Assembly (NCBI RefSeq): GCF_032444005.1
Contig: NC_091287.1
Span: 83,204,001-83,268,000 of the forward strand
DNA from: Ranitomeya imitator
Taxonomy: Eukaryota
DNA: 64,000 nucleotides
Direction: 5' to 3'
The position numbers were made by a program, and so were the translations under genes. Below the pieces are notes generated by a model. It was not told where the DNA came from. It did no database searches and saw nothing but the letters and a program-made list of their open reading frames with translations. Below, one piece after another: positions 23,971-35,014 of the stretch; position 1 is the stretch's first letter; each line of letters opens with the position of its first letter.

Positions 23971-24594
23971 GCTGTCACACTACCAGGTAATCTTTGTGAG
24001 TACATGAGGCCATGTCCTGTTTGTGGATGGATATTTGTATGGGGACAACTGTGGACATATGGGGCGTTTGTGCCAATCTGCACTAGCAATTTATTTCCAT
24101 ATATGGGGCGTTTGTGCCCATCTGCATTGGCAATTGATTTCTATATGTGTCCATTGTTGTTCCCTATTATTGTCCATTATAGGATATTCACACTTGGCCC
24201 ATGTTCCCGTTTATATCCGGTATTATTTAACTTTTTGATTATTAGTAATACCCTGGGTGTGTCTTTGTCTATGGGGGGCACCATGTAGCCCTTTTCTGTG
24301 TATTGTGGTGCTACATTTGGTTGGTTTTGACTAGCCCCATCTGTATTGTATGTATTTGTTCCGGTTTAGTTTTCTATGTATAGATATTCAATAAAGATTT
24401 ATATTTTATACTTTATGGGACATATTGACTGTGTTCTTTCTGTGGTTGTGTAGGATTCCTGTTATACAGTTGTCCCTGCTAAATTAGTCCTTATATACAC
24501 ACATAGCACATCACATTTTGCTGTTATTATTAGTTATTGGTATTTACTTTTGTATGTGACCTATGTGTGTAATATGTGTACTACAATTCCTTTA

Positions 24595-24690
24595 CCGTGT
24601 ATGTAGTATGTAGTATGTGTGTATGTAGTATGTATATAGTATGTATATAGTATGTATGTATGTAGTATGTATGTAGTATGTATGTAGTAT
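24595..24690. repeat. Continuation of the TATG/TAGTATG microsatellite
   Basis: Same motif resumes after a ~620-bp unrelated insert. Confidence 0.9.
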
Positions 24691-24824
24691 TTTTTTTTTA
24701 CATTCAACACATTAGCCAGATGATGGGACTACTACTGTCCCATCATTGGATAATATGCCAATCACTGTCACTGTAGCAGGCATCGTCCGATGGGACTTAT
24801 AGTCCCATCGGACGATGCCTGCAA

Positions 24825-25290
24825 ACACGCACAGACCCCCGGCAGCCTGCACAGACCCCCGCAGCCCGCACAGACACCCAGCAGCCTGCACAGAGCCCCA
24901 GCAGGCCGCACAGACCCCCGGCAGCCCGCACAGAGCCCCGGCAGGCCTGCACAGACGCCCAGCAGCCTGCACAGAGCCCCAGCAGGTAACACAGTCCCCC
25001 GGCAGCCCGCACAGAGCCCTGGCAGCCTGCACAGAGCCCCAGCAGGCCCACACAGACCCCCTGGCAGGCACGCACAGACCCCCGGCAGGCCCGCACAGAC
25101 CCCCGGCAGGCCTGCATAGACCCCCGGCAGGCCCACACAGACCCACGGCAGCCCGCACAGACCCCCAGCAGCCCGCACAGACCCCTGGCAGTCACGCACA
25201 GATCCCGAGAGGCCCGTACAGACCCCCAGCAGGTCCGCACAGACACCCCACAATCACGCACAGACCCCGCCTGCACACACACACACGCAG
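24825..25290. repeat. GC-rich ~20-bp minisatellite (GCACAGACCCCCGGCAGCCC)
   Basis: About 20 imperfect copies; source of the overlapping low-complexity ORFs. Confidence 0.93.
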
Positions 25291-25699
25291 TCTCCGCCCA
25301 CCCACCACCCACACTCCATTATAGTGCATCATTGCACTATGGGAACTTCAGATTCCGGTATCCGATATCGCAAAAGTATCGGAACTCGGTATCGGAATTC
25401 CGATACAGTGAATATCGGCCGATACCCGATATCTGCAGTATCAGAATGCTCAACACTACTCGTTAACTATTTCGATTCTGCTTAACTGTTTACTGTTTGC
25501 TTTTTCTCTATTAACTCCCTGTTTACTCCCTGCGAGGAGAATCTTACTCCTGTTAATAAATTCCCCTAAACAGTTGGTCTGTCTGTTCCGTGGTGTCATA
25601 CCCTACCCTGCACTCTATTACACTACTATTGGGCTGGAGAGAAAAAAAATTACATTTTTACCACAAAAAAAGTTGTTTTAGCACTTTTCCAGAGCATTT

Positions 25700-27533
25700 G
25701 TGCTACCAGTAACCTGTAAGCCCCTACATTTTCATTCACAGGTGAGGGACCTCAGTGGGGACTTGCTATTTTTTTTGATTGAGCTGAAGGTTATATTGGG
25801 AACATTTTACATAACATTTGGGATTACATTTATCATGCACTCTATGCTGAGCACTTACTTTTGGGGTTTCCATCTAAATCTTCAAGTGACATGATTCAGA
25901 TGAAACCCCCGAGGGCTCCACTCACTTTAATGAGGCAGCAGAGTTACTCTGGACTCCGTCTGGCCTTTGCTCAGTGGTTTCTTTATTTTCTGAAGTGCAC
26001 AAAACTGTGGCAGACCGCTCTTATATCCACTCCTAAAAAGATGGACACCACCGGATCACAGGCCAGTCAGTGTCCACAGTGCCTCCATCTGCCTCATTAT
26101 AGGGAATCTTTCATTGATCTCTGCATATTTCAGAGATTTACACAGAATCCCCGATGTAAGAGCTCGGCGTAGAGTGTAGGATAAATGTGAGCTGAACCTA
26201 ACTGCGATCTTTGGGAAGCAGAATGAAAAAATCAACTGCAGGTGACAAATTGGTTTTATTTATTTTTTATGCCATTCCTCGTGCAGTATAAGTAATTAAG
26301 CGACTTTCTTCTTTAGTTCGGTGAGATTACAGAGACACCAGATTTATATCATTTTTTATGCTTGGCTGGTGTCACACACTAAAATACTCTTTTTATTGAG
26401 TCAAGTGAGGGATTTTTTTCTGCGGGACAAGTTGATGTTTTTATTGGTACCATTTTCGATCACATAATGTTTTTTGCTCACGCTCTATTCTAATTTTTGG
26501 GAGGCAGAATGAACAAAAACCAGAAATTCAGAATTTTTTTTCTTTTATGATGTATGTGGTAAAATGAATGAGGCAGCTTTATTCTATGGGTCAGTATGAG
26601 TACAGCGATACCACATTTATATTTTTTTTATGTTTTGGCGCTTTTACACAGTAAAAACTATTTTATAGAAAGAATAATAAGTTTTTGCATTGCTCTATAA
26701 TGAGATCTGTAACTTTTTAATTTTTCCATTGATGCAGCTGTATGGTAGCTTGTCTTTTGCAGGACAAGATAACATTTTCAGCAATACCATTTTTATTTAC
26801 ATTTATCCTTTTGATTGCGTTTTATTTAAATTTTTGTTTTGTGATCTGATGAAAAAGCATGACTTTTCTCCTGTTTTTTATTAATTTTTTTACCGGCGTT
26901 CACTCAAGGTGTTAACTAGTGAGACAGTTTTATGGGGCAGGCCATCAAAGATACAGTGATATCAAACATGTATCCTTTTTTGTTTATTTTAATTTCTTTT
27001 ACACAAAAGCAGGAATTTATGAGTACAATATACTTTTAATTTACTTATAATTATTTTCTGATATTTTTTATATTTTTAATTTTTTTTTCTCAGTCCCATG
27101 ATTGGACTTTCACTTTCAGCAGCCTGATCGCAGTTATAATCCATTGCAATGCATGAGCATGAGCATTGAGACTATGCAGCGTGCATACTCTGAGGGACTT
27201 GCAGCAGCCTGGTGATTCAGATGTCACCATGATGACATTGGGTCACCATGGCAATGGTTCGGACCCTGCAATAACGCCACAGGGGCACCAATCGTAGGGC
27301 AGAGGGAGCTCCCTCCCTCCCTCTGCCTACTGGAAGCAGTGCCGGAGGCAATGCGGTCACCACTCCTGCACTGAGTACCAGATGTCAACTGTCAGAATCA
27401 GGTAACACCCAGTGGCGATTGCGGGCGCAGAGCCTCTGTGCGCGCAAAATCGCCTGGACGCACTCAGTATGTCTAAGGTTGGTAAGTACCAGATGACCAA
27501 GACGTACTGAGCACGTTCAAGGTCGTGAAGAGG
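25700..27533. mobile_element. Degenerate piggyBac-like non-autonomous element (family of 30067-31265)
   Basis: Right end GTCGTGAAGAGG-TTAA at 27534; 26200-27300 is similar to 30150-31100. Left boundary is approximate. Confidence 0.55.
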
Positions 27534-28449
27534 TTAAAGAGAACCTGTCAGCATGATTTAGCAATCTATAATTAAGGCATGGACATGAAGGTGCTATTGT
27601 GCACAGTAAATTGATAACTGTAGTGAAAAATTCTGCTTTGTGTTTGTTCTTTAATCCGCATTTGAAGTTTTCTGGTAATTAGCTTCAGGTGCATAGGGGT
27701 TGGACTGTAGGTATGGTGTTCGGCTCTTACCCCAGACACGTCCGCCTGCCTCTGATGTCCATATGACAGGTCACTGTTTTGTGAGTGACATTACTCTTGT
27801 TCCCGGTTGAAACGTTGGACCATATCTGTTTTAACTTCTTGCCTGATCAAGATAAATAACACTGCCTCAAAGCATACAGTCCTATTTTCTTTTTTTGTGG
27901 TGTTGAGTTTTCTACTTCGATTAGTGTGGACCTTCCTCGAGCACACGACAGCGCTCCTGTCTGTCTCCTTCATACATACAGGTCTCCAGTCTGTTATGTA
28001 CATTAGGTGGGGGATGGGTATGCATTAAGTTCATCTAAAGGCAAGAGGAGCAGGCTCCTGGGACACAAAGGGTGTTTAAATTGGCAAGGTACAAGGCAGA
28101 TGGCCATCATAACTAAAATCAGAATGAATTAGAAGTGGTGAGAAGAGTTATTAATACTGCTGCTCAGAGGTTGCACTGCTTCATACAGCTAGCAGAGTTA
28201 TTTGAGCCTTCCTACAAGCTAACTGGGAGTGCTGATTGGAAGAAAGCCTGCAGTACTTTTTACTGGCATGTTCTCTTCCAGTAAGAATTTCTAGCAACAC
28301 AAGAGAGTGGGAGAAATCTATTTTAATAGTAAGTCCCTAGACTTAGAAAAATCCGATGCATCAGCCAAAAGTACCATGGAATGTGGATATAAGTAGATAT
28401 ATGTATTTATTTGAGTCTGTGTGTGTATATGTACAACATGTCTCTAAGA

Positions 28450-28487
<38 letters not shown>

Positions 28488-28596
28488 GTTAAAAGCATAT
28501 CTCAAAACATGTATGTGTACATATGTGTAAAGCATGTTGTTAAACATGTGTATGTACGTGTAAAATATGTCCGTATGTGAGTTTGCATAAAGCATA

Positions 28597-29607
28597 TGGA
28601 GCGGCCGCTAGGACCCTGGGGTACTGGGGCCGGGTCCGGTGGTTATTAAAGGGGTGGTCACAGTGGCAGTGACCCGGTCCATGGCCCTGGGCGTCCAAGT
28701 AAAAGGGAAGGTCTTTAAAGGGATTATTTGGAATAAAGAGTGTTGGTGACGCCACCTGTGGTATTCGGTCAGGGATGACCGACGCTGCTTAAAGGGGTCC
28801 ACTGGGAATGATGGTACTGCAGCAGGGAGGGTATGGCTTCCCACAGCTGAAGCTGGATCCCCAGGGTTCCCGATGTAATAGGCAAAGATGGTGTGGTGCC
28901 AAAAAGAGGACACAAGGTTGCAGTCTCTTTACCTTTTACTGGTGGTGGAAAGCCACAGTACAGGGTGCTGGGTACAGGTGATGGTTTCCTGGCAGCCTGG
29001 AAACGATTAGAGATCCCCTTAGCCAGGTGGGATTAGGAACCTTCCTTGCTGCGCTGTAAGGTGCATCCCTTGCTGCTTATAGCTTCTCACTAGGTCCTCT
29101 CTCTTTCTCTCTCTGTGTCCTAGGACAGTACCCGCATGGCAGGAAGCGCAAGCCTTTTTACAGGTGTCTGTATTTACTGTGACTCCGGGCTCTGTATGCT
29201 GCTGAGCCTTCGGGTGTAGATGTGGACAAGTAACTTTCAACCTCCTGCCCTCTGGATTTTGCTGTGGGGCATACAGTCCCACACACCCTTGGACTCCCGG
29301 TGTCCGGTTTCTGTGCTTCAGCATGGAGGGAGCCCAGTCGCAGCTCCACTCCAGCTCCTCACTTCTCCTGTGCTCCTTCCTCCTTCACACTCTCTACAGA
29401 CTAATCTCACTCCTCCTCCAAGCCAGCACATATATAGGGAAGTTCCCCTGAAACCGGGTCTAAAGCTCCCCCTTCTGGCCCGGTGTCAGAATGTGTTGCA
29501 TGTACAGGTTACCTGTTAACGGGATCCTCCTCGTTTCCTGGCGTAGCATCACCCTCCCCGAGAGGAAGGCAATACCACTGTGGTACCTAAACTCCTGGGG
29601 TGCCACA
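28597..29607 (-). mobile_element. Solo LTR (Gypsy-like), 1011 bp
   Basis: TG...CA termini. 4-bp flanks CATA (28593-28596) / CATG (29608-29611) inside a TG/TA-rich tract. On the minus strand there is a TATATAT box near 29430 and an AGTAAA signal near 28935. No internal retroelement sequence is adjacent. Confidence 0.78.
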
Positions 29608-29894
29608 CATGTTTCTATGCATGTGTGTATGTATGTATAAAAAATGTCTCTAAGAATGTATGTTTATGTTTAAAGTGCTCTTTACGAATTTCCAAAGGCA
29701 AATAGACTCTAACTAAAGATTCTATAAAACTAAAATATAACTTTTATTTCCATCTACTTATTAAAGAGCGCTCATTTTGAATCACAATGTCTGTGTGGTC
29801 ATTGAATAAACAATTGTCCTAAACTGTAAATAGATTTCCGTTTTTGTGGTCCCTTTGTGTAGCCGTTAGGGAAACCTTACTCATTTAGGAACGA

Positions 29895-29932
29895 TTCCCT
29901 GAAGAAGCCAGAAATGGTGAAACATGTCAGAG
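29895..29932 (+). ncRNA. Minimal type-I hammerhead ribozyme-like motif (Penelope-type), CpG-decayed
   Basis: TTCC-CTGAAGA-A-GCCA-GAAA-TGGT-GAAAC-AT-GTC-AGAG: conserved core, 4-bp stem II with GAAA tetraloop, palindromic ACATGT stem III and GUC triplet at 29926-29928. Confidence 0.72.
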
Positions 29933-30066
29933 AGGCAGCTGGTCAAATATTTTAACAAGCTAAGTAGTCTTTAATGGCAAACTACAAATATTAATAGTGG
30001 TCTGCAGCCACATTATGAAAAATGATATATGAATGAATAATAAGCAATAAGTCCTGAGGCCTTTAA

Positions 30067-31265
30067 CCCCTTAACCCCGGAGCTTTTTTTTCAGATTTGC
30101 GTTTTCAGTTTTCACTCCCAGAGCTATAACTTTTTATTTTTCTGTCAATATGGCCATGTGAGGGCTTATTTTTTGTGGGACAAGTTGTAATTTTGAACGA
30201 CACCATTGGTTTTACCATGTCATGTACTAGAAAATGGGAAAAAAATCCCAAGTGCGGTGAAATAGCAAAAAAAGTGCAATACCAAACTTGTTTTTTGTTT
30301 GGCTTTTTTGCTAGGTTCACTAAATGTTAAAACTGGCCTGCCATTATGATTCTCCAGGTCATTATGAGTTTATAAGCACCAAACATGTCTGGGTTCTTTT
30401 TTTATCTAAGTGTTGAAAAAAAATTCGAAAGTTTGCTAAAAACAAAAAAAAATTGTGCAATTTTCCATTACCTGTAGTGTCTCCATTTTTTGTGATCTGG
30501 GTTTGGGTGAGGGCTTATTTTTTGCGAGCTGTGCTTTTTAATGATACCATTTTGGTGCAGATACGTTCTTTTGATCGCTCGTTATTGCATTTTAATGCAA
30601 TGTCGTGGAGACCAAGAAAACGTAATTCTGGCATTTTGACTTTTTTTTGCTGCGCCATTTAGTGATCAGGTTAATCTTTTTTTATTGATAGATCGGGCGA
30701 TTCTGAACGCGGTGATACCAAATATGTGTAGGTTTGATTTTTTTTTATTGTTTTATTTTGAATGGGGCGAAAGGGGGTGATTTAAATTTTTATATTTTTT
30801 CATTTTTTTCATATTTTTAAAAACTTTTTTAACTTTTGGGATGCTTCAATAGCCTCCATGGGAGGCTAGAAGCTGCCATAACTCGATTGTCTCTGCTACA
30901 TAGAGGCGATGCTCAGAACGCCTCTATGTAGTAGAATTACTGCATTGCTATGAGCGCTGACCACAGGGTGGCGCTCATAGCAATCTGTCATCAACAACCA
31001 TAGAGGTCTGCAGGAGGCCTCTGGTTGTTATGCCGATGCACCAATGACCCCCGATCATGTGACAGGGGGTCATCGATGTGTGCCTTTCTGACCGGATGGC
31101 CGGAAGCGCTTGCTAAATGCCGCTGTCAGAGTTTGACAGAGGCATTTAACTAGTTAATAGGCACGGGTGGATTGTGATTCCGCCCATGCCTATTGCGGGC
31201 ACATGTCAGCTGTTCAAAACAGCTGACATATCCTGGGTATTATTCCATCCGATGGCAGAAAGGGG
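30067..31265. mobile_element. piggyBac-like non-autonomous element
   Basis: TTAA (30063-30066)-CCCCTT ... AAGGGG-TTAA (31266-31269). Confidence 0.8.
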
Positions 31266-31693
31266 TTAAATCTGACTTTATGTCCGAGAACTGTTGCTGC
31301 ACAGGTGCGGGCAGCGCTATCTTGGTGGAGGACATTTTTTTTCTCCAGAATGATGGCGCCACTGGTGCCTGTGCATCAGCTATCGGATCTCTCTACAAAC
31401 TGATAAATGCTACTGCTCAGGCATGGCGGGTGCCATTTTCAAAATGGCCTTTTTTTCCTTGATCAAGTAAATCTGCAAAAGGGGTAAATGTGCACATTAA
31501 CCATTCAATTATGCTGCAGCTTACTTATTATGTGATGGTATTCATTATGCAACTACAGGGCAGGTCAGTGAGGAATCAGTGACTTGTCAGAGGTCTGCAT
31601 TATGAATATCTAATCAGTGCACCACATACATGGACCTCGCCTTAGCATATCATCTCCCCAGTGCTATCACCACTTACTTTACAGCAGCATTAA

Positions 31694-32053
31694 GGGTTTG
31701 TGCACACGTCAGGATTTTCTAACAGAAATTTCCTGACAAAAACCGGACATTTCTGCCAGAAATTCGCATGCAGTTTTTTCATTTTTTTTTTTTTTGCGTT
31801 TTTGACACGTTTTTTGCATGTTTTTTGTGCGTTTTTTCCCAATGCATAGAATAGCGAGAAAAACGTGAAAAATCCGCAAAATTAATGAACATGCTGTTTT
31901 TTTACCGCAATGCTTTTTTTTTGCGGAAAAAAGCGCATCATGTGCACAAAAATTGCAGAATGCATTCTAAATGATAGGATGCATATGTCTGCAGTTTGTA
32001 ATGCATTTTTATCGCGAAAAAACACGAAAAAACCTGAACGTGTGCACATACCC
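31694..32053. mobile_element. TTAA-type MITE (GGGT(T/A)TGTGCACAC termini)
   Basis: TTAA-GGGTTTGTGCACACGT ... ACGTGTGCACATACCC-TAA. Confidence 0.8.
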
Positions 32054-32688
32054 TAAGACTTTTCATTACAATCTGCAACCTTTTTGTCTTTGGACTCTTC
32101 CACTATGAGCTTTGGGTGCATTTTTGACGCTGAGTATTTTCTCTGTGTCATAAATGCAGTAAATATTACAATTCCCGCAAAGAGGATGGGATTTACGGAA
32201 ATATCCTGCCCACTGTGCTTTTTTTAACCCATAGATTTGTATTAGATGCAAAAAATCTGCAGGCAAAGAAAACACAATGAAATTTGGTCAAAGCCATATA
32301 CCAGGAATTATCAAAAACAAAGCAGCTTTATTTAATGCATGACATATTACAAAGAGGCAAAAAACACACAGTCAAAAACGCGATAAGAATCATGTAAAAA
32401 AAAAAAACTACACAAAAATGTAATGAAAAAAATCAAGTAACCCAATATAAATAATGGGTGCAATTCTGCAACATCAAAAACTCACAAAAAGCTTATTGTG
32501 GGAATGTAGCCTTATATATTTCAGGCAAATCTGGTCCTGCCTTTTTTTTTGGGATGAGGTGTTTGGCATATTCTGTAGCAAGCTGTGATAATATTTATTC
32601 CATGATCTCTCATTCCCTATAGGATTTTATGTCCCATCATGGTATAAATACATATTGTCTCTATTGAATAGTCCACTGAGTTGTATCG

Positions 32689-32872
32689 CAGGGGTGTCAA
32701 ACTGCATTCCTCGAGGGCCTCAGACCATGCGTGTTTTCAAGATTTCCTTAGCATTGCACAAGGTGCTGGAATCATTCTCTGCAGGTGATTAAATTATCAC
32801 CTGTGCAATACAAGGAAATCCTGAAAACATGACCTGTTTGCAGCCCTCGAGGAATGCAGTTTGACACCCCTG
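32689..32872. mobile_element. 184-bp hAT-type MITE
   Basis: Perfect 30-bp TIR CAGGGGTGTCAAACTGCATTCCTCGAGGGC; no matching 8-bp TSD seen. Confidence 0.85.
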
Positions 32873-33109
32873 TTACCGTGTAGTTTCATTTACAAATATT
32901 GTACTTTGTTCTAGAATTGTATTACATCTGAAAGTTAATTGGACAGTTGATCCCTATATATTTTTGTATTTTGTACTTACCCTGTACAAACCTTTGTTTT
33001 CAAAAATTTTATGTTCAGCTTTTTTGCATTTCATTTTGTATGTTACTATCTGATGAAGGTCCGATTTCAGGCTGGAATGTTATCAATTAATAGAATTGAC
33101 ACACAGATG

Positions 33110-33290
33110 GCAACGTGATTGGAATGCCCTACCACAAGAGGTAGAAATGGCAGACGCTATAACAGTTTTTTAAAAAGGGATGGATGATTTCCTCATTACA
33201 TATAATTTAATTATGTGACAAAATGCATATTTAGTGGGGAAAGACCATCAAGTTTAACCTATTTTCAACCTATGTAAATATGTAACTATG
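33110..33290 (+). mobile_element. Old CR1 3'-end fragment
   Basis: TGGAATGCCCTACCACAAGAGGTAGAAATGGC (WNALPQEVEMA) and a CTATGTAA-like tail. Confidence 0.6.
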
Positions 33291-33519
33291 AGAATTGTCC
33301 AAGTTTTGTTTGCTGAAATGCCGATGATTTTTAATATGCTCGTCTGATCTAGCACCTTTTCGATTTAGATTGAGTGTTCAAGTCCCTTTGTGAAACCAAT
33401 AAATAATGTTAAAAAATATATACTTGTAAGTGTTTAAAAATTGTAAAATAAATACATAATACTAGCTTTCACAATAAAAAATTGTTTCATCTACTAAAAA
33501 ACAAACGTCCTCTAAGTAC

Positions 33520-33718
33520 GCTACTGCAACCCCCAACCTACTGTCTCCTTCTCCATAATCCTGTAGAATGTAAGCCCGCAAGGGCAGGGTTCTCGCCCCT
33601 CTGTATCAGTCTGTGATTGTTAGTTTGTTTATTGTAAGTTATATCTGTAATTTGTATGTAATGCCTTCTCATATACAGCACCATCTAATCAATGGTGCTA
33701 TATAAATAAATAATAATA
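33520..33718 (+). mobile_element. L2 LINE 3' end
   Basis: CTGTAGAATGTAAGCCCGCAAGGGCAGGG...GGTGCTATATAAATAAATAATAATA; the mariner inserted into its tail. Confidence 0.7.
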
Positions 33719-35014
33719 CGAGGGGCGATCCAAAAGTAATGATAATCAATACTAAACACAATGAATATAGTCAAAAAATAAATTTATTTTTCTACATAGT
33801 CTCCTAACAAGTCTATACATTTAGTCCATCTCTTTTCTAAACTTAGAATTCCCTTCGAAAAAAAATTCTTGATCTTGACCCTCAAAAAAATCCCCAACAG
33901 CGGTTATCACGTCGCTATTGTCATCAGATTTCTTGCCCCGGAGGTGTTCCTTGAGCCGAGGAAAGAGAAAGAAGTCACTGGGGGCTAGATCTGGCCAATA
34001 GGGCGGGTGTTCCACCAGTTCAAAGCCCGCTTCTTGAATGGTAGCCATGGCAACAGCAGCTTTGTGAGCCGGCGCGTTATCTTGGTGAAACAACACTCCA
34101 GCCCGCAGTTTGCCGTGCCTTTTCTCCTTGATAGCCTCCCGCAATCTTCTTATTTGTTCTGCGTAGTAGGAGCCCGTAATAGTGGCTCCCTTCTCCAAAT
34201 AGTCCACCATAATAATTCCTTCAGCGTCCCAAAAAACGGACGCCATAACCTTCCCTGCTGAGCTTGACACTTTGAATTTCTTCGGCATTGGTTCGTCGGC
34301 TCGTTTCCACGTCATCGATTGTTGTTTAGTTTCGGGATCAAAGTGGTGGATCCAGGTCTCGTCCATGGTCAAAAAACGTGACAAAAAATTTTCCTTGTCT
34401 GCTTGGAACTTTTCAAGATTTGCTATTGAAATGTCAACTCGTTTCTTCTTTTGTTCGTCGGTTAACATTTTTGGCACCCAACGCGCGGAGACCTTTCTCA
34501 TATGCAATTCTTTTGCAAGGATTCTTTGAATACTGCCATATGAGATCCCTGTGACCTCAGCTACATGCCTGATAGTCACTCTTCGATCTGCCAATACAAC
34601 TTCTTCAACTTTTTTCACGTTTTCTTCATTGAGGGACGTGGATGGGCGTCCTTCACGATGGTTATTTTCCGTCGATGTTCTTCCCAGCTTAAATTCCTTG
34701 GCCCAGCGTGCAACTGTGGAATATGGAGGAGAAGAGTCCCCCAATGTTTCCACCAAGTCGCTGTGTATGTCTTTGGTAGTAATTTTTTTCAAGCAGAGGT
34801 ATTTGATGACAGCTCTGAGCTCGTTTTTTTCCATTTTGATGTTCACTCCTCGGCAGTTCATATTCAAATGAATGTAGCTCCCGGGAATCGTGGTCTATTT
34901 AAGTAATTTTTTTTTCCTGGACTAGTGGGTACCTAAGAGAGAAGAAAACATTTTATTTTAATTTCTGTGTGCAATAGAAATAACCGATTATCATTACTTT
35001 TGGATCGCCCCTCG
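33719..35014 (-). mobile_element. Full-length mariner transposon (1296 bp; irritans-like termini)
   Basis: Perfect 29-bp TIR CGAGGGGCGATCCAAAAGTAATGATAATC; TA TSD at 33717-33718 and 35015-35016. Confidence 0.98.
33784..34867 (-). pseudogene. Mariner DD34D transposase with a +1 frameshift near the C-terminus
   Basis: Motifs WVPKML, TMDETW, FHQDNAP and YWPDLAPSD, with 34 residues between the last two catalytic Asp. Removing one base from the A8 run at 33858-33865 restores a typical C-terminus, SKGILSLEKRWTKCIDLLGDYVEK-stop (33784). Confidence 0.93.

Larger units (their letters stand above)
22395..25458. mobile_element. Composite hAT-type element, left end not found
   Basis: Right terminus ATGCTCAACACTA at 25446-25458 is the reverse complement of the 19118 left end. 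Segment 22480-22930 is an inverted homolog of 10700-11150. Confidence 0.6.

Noticed and set aside
23402-24288. H/T/Y/I-rich ORFs up to 216 aa
   Set aside because: Translations of the microsatellite.
24712-25324. Overlapping 109-171-aa ORFs on both strands
   Set aside because: GC-rich minisatellite lacking stops by composition.
33050-33085. CTGATGAAGGTCC...GGCTGGAATGTT as a fifth hammerhead
   Set aside because: Core start is perfect, but stem II and GAAAC need several non-CpG changes; mentioned only as weak support.
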